Source: Candidatus Marinacidobacterales bacterium (lineage in GTDB: Bacteria; Acidobacteriota; Vicinamibacteria; Marinacidobacterales; SMYC01). From it: DNA of 64,000 bases. The notes below the pieces were generated by a model. It was not told the DNA's origin and searched no databases. It saw only the letters and a list, made by a program, of their open reading frames with translations. The stretch's first letter is position 1. Every line of letters begins with the position of its first letter. This document shows positions 1 to 8,672 of this stretch, piece by piece. The DNA lies in NCBI GenBank assembly GCA_965237955.1, contig OZ250169.1, positions 160,001 to 224,000 on the forward strand, in the 5' to 3' direction. Position numbers and translations under genes: made by a program.

Positions 1-1541
1 GAAGCGGTTTCACACGACACTCGCGCGCTTGGAGTCCGGTGAGTTTCCGCGTTCATGAGAACGCGGCCCCATTGAAGCCTTCCCTGTGACGCTATCCCAG
101 GAGTCCGCCACAGAGGTTTCCGCGTTCATGAGAACGCGGCCCCATTGAAGCTAGTCCCACATCGCTGTACGCGGCCATCTGAGAGCCGTTTCCGCGTTCA
201 TGAGAACGCGGCCCCATTGAAGCACGCCCGAGTGGGACGCCTGCGCGCCTACGGGAACGCCATGTTTCCGCGTTCATGAGAACGCGGCCCCATTGAAGCG
301 TGCCGGCGCATTGCCATGTCGATCGCGTCGTTCACGTTTCCGCGTTCATGAGAACGCGGCCCCATTGAAGCGGGTTTGGAAGCAAACCTAGTCACCGAAC
401 CCACTCAGTTTCCGCGTTCATGAGAACGCGGCCCCATTGAAGCACGCCCGCCTCTCGGAGGATCCGGCCGATGGCAGCCGTTTCCGCGTTCATGAGAACG
501 CGGCCCCATTGAAGCGCCCTCCAATCGCCCCAGGTCGCGCGCCCGACTTCCGTTTCCGCGTTCATGAGAACGCGGCCCCATTGAAGCCGTGTCCGTCCAT
601 GTCTCAACCACCTCGAAGAACTGTTTCCGCGTTCATGAGAACGCGGCCCCATTGAAGCCTGGTGTTCACCTTCACAGCCATGCCATGCTGATTTGTTTCC
701 GCGTTCATGAGAACGCGGCCCCATTGAAGCACTTTTGCCTTAAGGCGTGGCGTCATCTGACTTCTCCGTTTCCGCGTTCATGAGAACGCGGCCCCATTGA
801 AGCCCAGGCTGGCCTCGTTGGTCCCCGAAACCTGGATGCGTTTCCGCGTTCATGAGAACGCGGCCCCATTGAAGCAAGCTTTTTGAATTGCATCCTATCG
901 GATTCGCAACTCGTTTCCGCGTTCATGAGAACGCGGCCCCATTGAAGCGACCCAGCTGCCAATGCAGCACACGACGCGCTGTCGGGTTTCCGCGTTCATG
1001 AGAACGCGGCCCCATTGAAGCAAGTCCCTCCTGGGAGCGCGCGGTTCCCAGTAGCTCAAGTTTCCGCGTTCATGAGAACGCGGCCCCATTGAAGCTAGAA
1101 CAGGTTCCCGCCCACCACGGCGCCGCCGAAAGTCACGTTTCCGCGTTCATGAGAACGCGGCCCCATTGAAGCTTGTCGCGCCACTCCCGGTACGTCTCGA
1201 CGTAGGCGAGTTTCCGCGTTCATGAGAACGCGGCCCCATTGAAGCTTGGGGTCCACCTTCCACTTGCCGCCGGGCGTCGGGGTGGTTTCCGCGTTCATGA
1301 GAACGCGGCCCCATTGAAGCGATCTCTTCCCTGCGCATCGATTCGAGATGGCTTCGGGTTTCCGCGTTCATGAGAACGCGGCCCCATTGAAGCTGGGTGT
1401 AGGCGAAACGCTCCTGGATACGGCAAAGTGGGTTTCCGCGTTCATGAGAACGCGGCCCCATTGAAGCAACGTCACGGCTGCGTTGTTGGCCCACGCGACC
1501 TTGGCGTTTCCGCGTTCATGAGAACGCGGCCCCATTGAAGC
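1..1541 (+). CRISPR. CRISPR array, type I-G (I-U)-like repeat, continuing beyond the left edge
   Basis: 21 full identical 36-bp repeats GTTTCCGCGTTCATGAGAACGCGGCCCCATTGAAGC (first at 43, last at 1506-1541) plus a partial repeat at 1-5. Unique 35-41 bp spacers. Perfect stem CCGCGTTC/GAACGCGG. The 3' ATTGAAGC end gives the orientation. Subtype inferred from repeat shape only. Confidence 0.98.
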
Positions 1542-1576
1542 AAGATATTATTAGCCAACACCGAACCCACTGACCC

Positions 1577-1930
1577 CGTCCTGTGCCAAAACTCGGCCCT
1601 CTTGAAATAGCCGATAAATCAACAGCTTAGCGTCTGTGTTTTGCGACTGGGCCAAGGGCTGGAGGCTCTACAATCGTCTGGACCGAGGGTGTTATCTTCA
1701 GATCCATGATGACGTACCACGTGCGATTCTTACTGCTCGTTCTGGCTGGCTGGGTCAACCGCCAGCAGCAGGATGTGATCGACTACCTGCGAGAGGAAAA
1801 CCGTGTGCTCCGTGCCGGGCTTCGGGGCAAGCGTCTCAGGCTCTCTGACGACAACCGACGCAGGCTCACCGTCAAGGCCCAGGCTTTGGGCCGGGAGGCG
1901 CTGGCCCAGATTGCGTCGGTTGCCACACCC
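1577..1930 (+). mobile_element. 5' fragment of IS481-like/rve element family 1 (end plus truncated transposase)
   Basis: Starts CGTCCTGTGCCAAAACTCGG and matches the upstream end and first ~75 codons of the full copies at 8673-10100 and 43297-44725. Confidence 0.9.
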
Positions 1931-2026
1931 TCCGATTCGGGCGGCGACCTGACGGACTGAATACTGCGTATTCTTCTCTCGTTTAGCCTCCCTCAGCTTT
2001 CGAACGTGAGTTCCGAAGTTGGTCAT
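1931..2026 (-). pseudogene. XRE-family HTH regulator, N-terminal fragment
   Basis: MTNFGTHVRKLREAKREKNTQYSVRQVAARIG is the start of an XRE helix-turn-helix, cut by the IS fragment. Confidence 0.65.
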
Positions 2027-2031
2027 ACGTT

Positions 2032-2197
2032 GGTGCTTCCGCCATTAAGTGTTGGTGAGATGACGCTAAGATTTTACAGTGCATTAAATTACAGCCAAAA
2101 TAGCGCTTACGACCTTCGCCGCACGCTAAATGGAGCGCAAGCGCCTCTTTTGCAACGGGATGCGTACATATTACCAACAGTAAACAGCGCAAGCACC
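2032..2197. mobile_element. 166-bp MITE (GGTGCTT ends), copy 1
   Basis: Inverted termini GGTGCTTCCGC / GCGCAAGCACC. Near-identical copy at 52259-52424 and partial copies at ~25577, ~31290 and ~33649. Confidence 0.8.
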
Positions 2198-2376
2198 GCC
2201 GAATGCCCGCCATGGGTCCGGCACTGGCGTTCGTACGCAAGAACGCGGCGCATGAAAACGCGAGAGAGCGAGCGTGGGGGAGCAGCCCCGAAGGCCTGCT
2301 CCCAGACCCGCCGTAAGCTGGCGAAGTCCAAACCGTCCAAACCGACGTTCCGGCCAACCCCTGTATCCTGCGGCAT
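2198..2376 (-). pseudogene. DUF2924-like protein, N-terminal fragment
   Basis: LDFASLRRVWEQAFGAAPPRSLSRVFMRRVLAYERQ resembles DUF2924, which usually precedes large serine recombinases like those at 19986 and 48229. Truncated by the MITE. Confidence 0.65.
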
Positions 2377-2585
2377 CACCGAACGTTCGCTCTTGTGCTC
2401 GATAAAGTCCAGTCTAATGAGGGACTTCCGGGTGCGAAGCTCACTGCCCGTAGCTCGCCCCACAGCCGATTTGAGCCAGCCGTACGCACCCCCGGTGGGC
2501 CTGTCGCTCGCCACCCGCAGCCCAGGGGTCGGAAGCCAGCCCTGCGGCGCGAAATACCCTCGATTCTGCACGGATTCCAAGGGCG

Positions 2586-2640
2586 TCTAAGCTGCTGATT
2601 TGTGGTCTATTTCAAAAGGGCCGAGTTTTGGCACAGGACG
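2586..2640. mobile_element. Orphan terminal repeat of family 1 element
   Basis: CTAAGCTGCTGATT...TATTTCAAAAGGGCCGAGTTTTGGCACAGGACG. Confidence 0.85.
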
Positions 2641-2698
2641 GGGTCAGGGTGAAGAGGTCACGGTGGCGCATCCCGACATGTTCAACAACGTGTACTCT

Positions 2699-3364
2699 CT
2701 ACCTTGTAAAGATCGTAAAAGCCGCCCAAGGTGGCGAAGCTTGGAAGTCGGCCTCTCGCACCGCGACAAAGAACTCCGGTAGCTCCGGGAACGACTGGAC
2801 ACCTATTCCCTTGTTCCTGATGGCTAGCTGCTCTGGAATCGGTGCAACGGAGCCTCGCAGTTCGAGGGCTACGACCGCTTCACCTGTAGCCGTGAATTGC
2901 TGTGCATCGATAAACAGAAGGCCAAAGTCCGTTTGCCCAACACGCTGAGTCTGCCCCGCGTATACCCTATTCGTAGACCAGAGTGAGGGAATTCGGGCGG
3001 GTTCCAGACACTCCGCCGCTGGTTTCCATCCGATGTTGCGTAGGTTGTTGTCAAAAAGATCAGCAGATGGTTGAGCAACTGAAGTAGTTGCTAGGCGAGT
3101 GTCTCCTCTGGAGACCACAATATCGAGGGAAATTGGTCCCGTTCTGTCAAACGCTAGTGCTCCAACCGGCGACACTGCAACCTGGATGTCTTCGCCGGAC
3201 CAAGCTTCAATAAGTTGGATAGTGCCGTAGATCCCTACCAAAAAGACAGCCATGATCGCCGCCACGAGCGCCACTCGTTGATGGATTTTACGAAAGATGA
3301 CCGCGATTAGCACCATCCCAACAAACCCAGACGGCAAACCAAGATCCGTAAGTTGTTCAATCAT
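2699..3364 (-). CDS. Hypothetical membrane-anchored protein (221 aa)
   Basis: ATG start, two N-terminal hydrophobic helices, then a soluble beta-rich region. Confidence 0.75.
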   Translation of the reverse strand: MIEQLTDLGLPSGFVGMVLIAVIFRKIHQRVALVAAIMAVFLVGIYGTIQLIEAWSGEDIQVAVSPVGALAFDRTGPISLDIVVSRGDTRLATTSVAQPSADLFDNNLRNIGWKPAAECLEPARIPSLWSTNRVYAGQTQRVGQTDFGLLFIDAQQFTATGEAVVALELRGSVAPIPEQLAIRNKGIGVQSFPELPEFFVAVREADFQASPPWAAFTIFTR

Positions 3365-3661
3365 CGTTCGTTACTTTCCCGGTGATGTCCTATCGCCTGC
3401 TGACATTCCGGTGGCGACTCGGTTGACGATTAAGTGACGTTCACCGCGCACGATCCCAGGGAAGGCCACCCCCTGCTGTCCCATCTGGGCAAGCAAGCCG
3501 TCGACAGCTTTCGCAGTTTCGAAGAGGCACTCGTCACCGAAGACCAGGAGTACGACGTCATCGCGCTCCCCGAGCAGCGTCGTTGGCAACCGGTACCGCG
3601 AGACTAGCGAGTTCCAAGGACTCGCGCAGTCAGACTTGTCTCATCTCATCGCCGCCGCGTC

Positions 3662-3913
3662 TTATTGCTTCGCTGTCTTCTTCGCCTTCTCTGCCGCTTT
3701 GGCTTCTCGCACCTTTGCCTTCTCCGCCGCTTTGGCCTTGGCTTCCCGCACCTTTAGCCACGCACGGACCTCCCGCAGACGGAATTGAGACGCCACGCCG
3801 CGCCCTCTAGTGTGGACCGGCATCCCAGACCGCTCCCATTTTGTTACCATCTGTTTATCGACGCCCAAATGCTCGGCTAGCTCCGACCTCGTCAACACTC
3901 GCGCTTTGGCCAT
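3662..3913 (-). CDS. Phage terminase small subunit (Nu1)-like winged-HTH protein
   Basis: LTRSELAEHLGVDKQMVTKWERSGMPV...FRLREVRAWL resembles the lambda Nu1 DNA-binding domain. Strong GGAGGAGG RBS. Short duplicated KVREAKA tail. Confidence 0.7.
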   Translation of the reverse strand: MAKARVLTRSELAEHLGVDKQMVTKWERSGMPVHTRGRGVASQFRLREVRAWLKVREAKAKAAEKAKVREAKAAEKAKKTAKQ

Positions 3914-4061
3914 AGTCCTCCTCCAAATGGCACTGCCCCCTTCTGCATTGAAAGACGCTCTTAGGGTACTACGGTTTCCCCTTGAACGAAGGATTCTAAT
4001 TCCTTTACTTCATTTCCACTCCTTTTGAGGGTAGCTCGTGTCCGTCAATTCATGACACTGA

Positions 4062-4099
4062 TGGTCTATTTCAAAAGGGCCGAGTTTTGGCACAGGACG
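4062..4099. mobile_element. Orphan terminal repeat of family 1 element
   Basis: TGGTCTATTTCAAAAGGGCCGAGTTTTGGCACAGGACG. Confidence 0.85.
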
Positions 4100-4331
4100 G
4101 GGTTGCTGGGGTATGGCCTGGCTCGAGAAGACGCTTCCTGAGGCATTCTCGCGCGTCGTTTTGGCGCCGCATCGTCTGGTACCCAGCTGCGGAAAGTGTG
4201 GACACCCTATTGAGTAGTCTGTCTTTCTGACTAGGCATCATAATGTCAATCGCGTCTTTCAGTGTCACCCTGAGGGCGCTTTGCTTACCGATGCCGCTCA
4301 TGTGGAAACTCCCACTTTTTCGGAGAGCCCT

Positions 4332-4361
4332 TTGAACGCGGCGAGTAGGCGGGAGTAGAAT
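4332..4361 (+). promoter_or_regulatory. Putative sigma70 promoter
   Basis: TTGAAC-N18-TAGAAT. Confidence 0.4.
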
Positions 4362-4413
4362 AGCTCCGCGATCGCTTCCTGCCGGGCTCCCTCGTGAAAG
4401 TGGCAGGACAGTC

Positions 4414-4440
4414 AAGCCGGGGTGCTAGCCCCGGCTTTTT
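4414..4440 (+). terminator. Rho-independent terminator
   Basis: Stem AAGCCGGGG/CCCCGGCTT with a 6-nt loop, followed by a T run. Confidence 0.7.
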
Positions 4441-4449
4441 CTGTATCTG

Positions 4450-4622
4450 GTGAAGGCGCAGCTCGGTCAGCGGTTACGCTTGAGCGACGAGCAGCGTCGA
4501 CGGCTCGCGGTCAAGGGGAACAACGCCGAGCATAGCGGCGAAGTTTCGCCGTCTTCGGCCAGGAATTCAAGCGGAGCGTAAGTCCTTGATTTCGTGGGCG
4601 GAGCAGTTTTGACGATGCACAG
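4450..4622. mobile_element. Remnant of an rve/IS481-like element (transposase piece plus family 2-type end)
   Basis: KAQLGQRLRLSDEQRRRLAVKG fragment. 4578-4622 resembles the reverse complement of the element end at 57054. Confidence 0.6.
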
Positions 4623-4635
4623 CTAGCAGAACTCT

Positions 4636-5256
4636 TCAAGCAGGGTTTGGCGACGGGAACAGTCCCTTGATCGTCTCTTCAAATCCTTGGCGACGCAACT
4701 CCCTGGCGATGAAGGGGAAGTGCGCCTGGAGGTAGTCGAACGTCGTGTGGCCCCAAGAGTAGCTCTGCACTACAGAGAAGCGCCACTCGACCAGAGAGTC
4801 ATCCTTGTTGAGGCGCAGTACCCGAATCGTGCGCTGCACGAGTTCCTGTTCGTTGTCACTGAGGCCATCTCCCGACACCACATAGAAGTTAGTGAAGTTG
4901 AGGGCGAACCAAGTATCCTCGATTGCGAAGGGGTCGACGATGTCATCCCGATCCCCCTTGTAGCTGTTGAGCTTCTCGAAGGCGAGGCGGTAGTTGCCCC
5001 ACTCGTAAGCGAGGGCGGGCATCACCGACTTCGGCCGAAAGTGATCAATTGAGCCATGGGCTGGTATCCAACAGGCACAGTACGCACAGAGATGACGATA
5101 GGCCGTGCGGGCCTGTGGCAGCATTCTCTTCCAGTAATCCTTACGCCTGAAGTCCTGACTGGTGGGAAACGCGCAACAACGTAGGAAGGCAGTACCGGGC
5201 TTTCGGACTTGGTGGTCGAAGTCAGGTGGCTCCGGAGCCACGCGCACACGAATCAT
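4636..5256 (-). CDS. HNH endonuclease, PtuB/retron-associated HNH-like
   Basis: CAYC...IDHFRPKS...YEWGNY...NSYKG HNH motif. The ATG at 5256 overlaps the ATPase stop (ATGA). Confidence 0.88.
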   Translation of the reverse strand: MIRVRVAPEPPDFDHQVRKPGTAFLRCCAFPTSQDFRRKDYWKRMLPQARTAYRHLCAYCACWIPAHGSIDHFRPKSVMPALAYEWGNYRLAFEKLNSYKGDRDDIVDPFAIEDTWFALNFTNFYVVSGDGLSDNEQELVQRTIRVLRLNKDDSLVEWRFSVVQSYSWGHTTFDYLQAHFPFIARELRRQGFEETIKGLFPSPNPA

Positions 5257-7130
5257 ACCTCGGCTCCGTGCTGTCTGGCGAAGAAGACCCACCGTTGCCA
5301 GAAAATGTCGTCCGCTGGGAGCGTGCCCCTCAGCTGCTCGGTGATGCTGTTAAGCTGTTCCCGGTTCGGACGAGGATCGTCCAGCACTCTCTTCGCCTCC
5401 TCTACGGTGCTTTCACCTTCTCGTGATCGGGCCTGCTTGAGTTCGAACACGTCCGATGTCAACCACTCGTCCACGCGGCCCAACCGCAGGAAGTCGACTG
5501 GGTTGAACGCGACCTCCCTGGAGTCAGAAAGCTGAAGGTGATACACCCGGTCGCTCTCGTCTGAGAACAGGGCCTCCAGAGAAAGCATGACAAGCGGGGA
5601 ATGCGTGGTGACCATGATTTGGGGCTCGATCTCCTTGCTCAGAATCGACGAGACATCCAGGATGGCAGGGAGAATGACCCGCTGCCACTGCGGGTGCAAG
5701 TGCGCCTCCATCTCGTCTATCAGCACCACGATGCGTTGCTCCGGCTGCTTCCGCGACAGATTCGCGGCAATCCGGTGCTCTGTCCACGCCCACACGAGCA
5801 GGTAGCCGAGGGTGGCTATCCGGCGCACGCCAGCCGACTCGTGGATGAAGGGGACATCGCCGTATGAGTGCTTGAGCACTGGGATCTCCCTGGCGTCACC
5901 GGGAACTCTTACTGGGTCGCCAGGCGTGAGATGCTCGGCTTCTGGGGGAGAGAGCCGTTCGAGTACCTTCGTGAAGAGCTCGAACTTGGCGTGGTCTGGG
6001 TGGTGCTGCCAGTTCACCCAGTCGCGCAACAGGCCCTCGATCTTGCCAGGAAGACCATCGAGCACATCGTCCCTCTGGAACACCAGAATCCGGGTATCCT
6101 CTCGTGCGTGCTTTGACTGGCGCATAGGGTCCCACACGGCAAACGACCCATCTACGCGGGCATAGACGATTAGCCCCGGAATCGTGGGCCGGCCTTTTGG
6201 AAATGGCCAGTCTTGGTTCTCCCAGTTGTAACGGATCGTCTTCTCCTCGGCCGTCCCGCCCGCCCGCACTATGTTGAACTTGATTGCGGGCTCCGACTTC
6301 GCTGCGTCAGGGCGTGGAGAGGCCACAGAACCTGACCAATGGCCGGTGAGGCTCCACCACGCGCAGTCCAGCAGGAAACTCTTGCCGAGTCCGTTGTCGC
6401 CGGTGATGATGCTGAGCCGCTCCCCAGGCTCATAGAGTAACCTGCGGACAGGCCCGATTCCGGCTATCTCGAGGAGCCGGAGGGTGCCACCGGTCTCAGG
6501 TGTCGCATCGGGCGGCGGCGGTGCACCCACAGCACGGAGCAGGTTCCTACCCTGGCACAGGTAGTGAGCACCAATTGCACGTGATGCTTCTGGTGGTAGG
6601 CCGGTGTCAAAGAGCTCCCGCTGCTCTTCATCTGATATGTGATAGTCGCGGAAGAAGGCCGAGAGGACGTCTGCAGCGGCCGTTTGTGGCGGCCAGTCTG
6701 TTTCCCGGTATAGCCACACCGCGAGCCAGAAAGCAGAGACCGAATAAGTCTGATCACGCGCGAGCTTCGCCTTAAGTGTGGGCACGTAGTCGGTCTTCCA
6801 TCCCCACTGATCGGTGTTTCGCTTATGCAGGAAAGCTTCGGCAAGTTGCCCTCGGGTTCGCGTGCTCTGCGAGCCTGACATGGGGTACTTTTGGGACAAC
6901 CATGACCGCCGAGAGGACGTCTTGAAGGGCTGGTAGTAGTAGGTGGATTGGGGATCCGGTTTGTAGTGGAGCTGAAGAAACTCCTTCTCATTGTGATTCA
7001 CGGGGAAGGAAACCATGTGACCGACAGGGAGTCTGCCCTGCTTACAAACCAGGTAGGTAATTCCGAAGAATGGATGGACGCGCCGCAGGCGGGTGGCTGC
7101 CTGCTGGATGGCTGCCTCCGTTAGGTACAT
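5253..7130 (-). CDS. ABC/AAA_21-type ATPase (PtuA-like) with an extra N-terminal domain
   Basis: Walker A GDNGLGKS, signature-like SAG, Walker B/D-loop VLIDEMEAHLHPQWQ, H-loop TTHS. A ~215-aa N-terminal domain precedes a Pro-rich linker. Confidence 0.9.
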   Translation of the reverse strand: MYLTEAAIQQAATRLRRVHPFFGITYLVCKQGRLPVGHMVSFPVNHNEKEFLQLHYKPDPQSTYYYQPFKTSSRRSWLSQKYPMSGSQSTRTRGQLAEAFLHKRNTDQWGWKTDYVPTLKAKLARDQTYSVSAFWLAVWLYRETDWPPQTAAADVLSAFFRDYHISDEEQRELFDTGLPPEASRAIGAHYLCQGRNLLRAVGAPPPPDATPETGGTLRLLEIAGIGPVRRLLYEPGERLSIITGDNGLGKSFLLDCAWWSLTGHWSGSVASPRPDAAKSEPAIKFNIVRAGGTAEEKTIRYNWENQDWPFPKGRPTIPGLIVYARVDGSFAVWDPMRQSKHAREDTRILVFQRDDVLDGLPGKIEGLLRDWVNWQHHPDHAKFELFTKVLERLSPPEAEHLTPGDPVRVPGDAREIPVLKHSYGDVPFIHESAGVRRIATLGYLLVWAWTEHRIAANLSRKQPEQRIVVLIDEMEAHLHPQWQRVILPAILDVSSILSKEIEPQIMVTTHSPLVMLSLEALFSDESDRVYHLQLSDSREVAFNPVDFLRLGRVDEWLTSDVFELKQARSREGESTVEEAKRVLDDPRPNREQLNSITEQLRGTLPADDIFWQRWVFFARQHGAEV

Positions 7131-8020
7131 ATCGAGAGCTTCGTCAGGTGCTCCACGATGTGGCGGCAGAAATTAGGTTGTAGGTCAATGCCGGTCACGT
7201 CGCAACCATGGGCCAGTGCGACTCGCAACGTAGTTCCAGCGCCCACGAATGGGTCGAGGACGGTGCCGCCTGATTCGCATCCCATCAAGAGGCACTTCTC
7301 GACGAGTTCATCGGGGTATGGAGCTGTATCCAAGCCGTTGGGCAGGGGTTTCGGGCGTGCCGGTATGGTCCACACGTCCTCTTCAATCACGATATCCTCC
7401 AACGCCTCACGGCTGAAGTGATAATACCTGTCCTTTGCGAACATGAAAACATACTCATAGCTCCGCCGCGGCCGATCCCTTACGGCTTCTGGCAATGTCT
7501 GGTGGCGGTGCCAGATAATCGTGCTCCTGAGAACCCACTGACGCGCCATCATTTCCATAGCCACGCGCCAGGGGACTCCGATGAGTGACTTGCGCAACAC
7601 ACCGATGCCCAATCCTCCGCTCTTATCAACGGGCCTAACGCCGAAGCGCCGCTTCCTGCTCTTCTTGTCCTGTCCGTGTGCTCGACCCTTGCCTGAGTAG
7701 TAGGTGTCCCCAAGGTTCAGAAAGAGCAGCCCATCTGATCGGAGAACCCGATGGACTTCGTCCATCACGGCCGCGAGACTTTGGACATATTCGCCCACGG
7801 AGTCCTCCAAACCCATTTGGCCTGCTACTCCGTAGTCTCGTAGACTGTAGTAGGGAGGCGAGGTCACTACGCAGTTGAACCTCTCTTCGGGAAGGCCAGC
7901 AAGCACACTCTGGGCGTCACCGCAGTGGACGTGCCAGCACCTACCCTCGATTGTGCTCCCCTCCCACGAATTGATTGGGGTTGACGGAGAGACAGCGGTG
8001 CTACCGGACCCGTCTGCCAA
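7121..8020 (-). CDS. Site-specific DNA methyltransferase, beta class (N4-C/N6-A)
   Basis: Motif IV VTSPPY precedes motif I LDPFVGAGTT. AGGAGG RBS upstream of a TTG start. Overlaps the ATPase start by 10 bp. Confidence 0.92.
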   Translation of the reverse strand: MADGSGSTAVSPSTPINSWEGSTIEGRCWHVHCGDAQSVLAGLPEERFNCVVTSPPYYSLRDYGVAGQMGLEDSVGEYVQSLAAVMDEVHRVLRSDGLLFLNLGDTYYSGKGRAHGQDKKSRKRRFGVRPVDKSGGLGIGVLRKSLIGVPWRVAMEMMARQWVLRSTIIWHRHQTLPEAVRDRPRRSYEYVFMFAKDRYYHFSREALEDIVIEEDVWTIPARPKPLPNGLDTAPYPDELVEKCLLMGCESGGTVLDPFVGAGTTLRVALAHGCDVTGIDLQPNFCRHIVEHLTKLSICT

Positions 8021-8083
8021 ACCTTATGCCTCCTCGCCCGTGGCCGGGCAGTGAATAGCGTGGACGGCAGGACACCGCCGCGG

Positions 8084-8599
8084 TCACCTGCTCCACTTTC
8101 GAGCCGGGGTCCTTCCCGTCCACAACCGTTGTGAATCCTCAGAGCGAGACGTTTCTTGAGCGGTTAACCTTCTTGACTTGCAGGCCTTATGAACTTCATC
8201 AGGCGTTTGGTAGTCCAACGATGAGTGAAGCCGGTCCCGGTCGTAGTAACGAACGTACGCATCAATGCAGACCTTCAGATAATCGTCGGTCGAGAATTCG
8301 AACTCCTTCTTGAGTTGGGCGACAGAGGTGCCCTCGAAAACGATCACGTCCCGAGTGCCCATCACTTCTTCATGGAAGACGCCAGCCTCGTCATCGAAAG
8401 TAACCGCTGCACGGTATCTTTTGAATTCTATCATCGTTTTCAGGGCGTCTTTGACAGAAAAGACCTTTCCCTCCACTGCACTACAATCCGGGCAGACCCT
8501 TTCATCTTGTACCGTTGAGACCATCACCCTCGCGATGCCCACTCGATCCATGCGCTTGAGAACAGCGCGGAGCCGTTTTCGGTCTGCGCGTTCAGCCAT
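8084..8599 (-). pseudogene. In-frame mosaic of phage head-morphogenesis-like, HicB and IS3 integrase fragments
   Basis: DERVCPDCSAVEGKVF (gpF-like, ~8435-8599); MIEFKRYRAAVTFDDEAGVFH...FEGTSVAQLKKEF (HicB, ~8266-8434); YVRYYDRDRLHSSLDYQTP (IS3 C-terminus). Confidence 0.7.
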
Positions 8600-8672
8600 C
8601 CGGATCTACACGGGAAAGAAGAATGGCTCAAGAATCAGCTGGCTAAACTGCCACGCGTGGATTTTTCGACCC

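Noticed and set aside
92-1494. Repetitive ORFs (MGPRSHERGN, LQWGRVLMNAET)
   Set aside because: They are translations of the CRISPR repeats.
1-1577. Self-targeting spacers matching elements in this window
   Set aside because: None seen by eye. An alignment is needed, so no claim is made.
4100-8100. Retron (msr-msd plus RT) controlling the ATPase-HNH pair
   Set aside because: No RT gene in or near the operon. The only RT trace is a deleted group II intron ORF 26 kb away.
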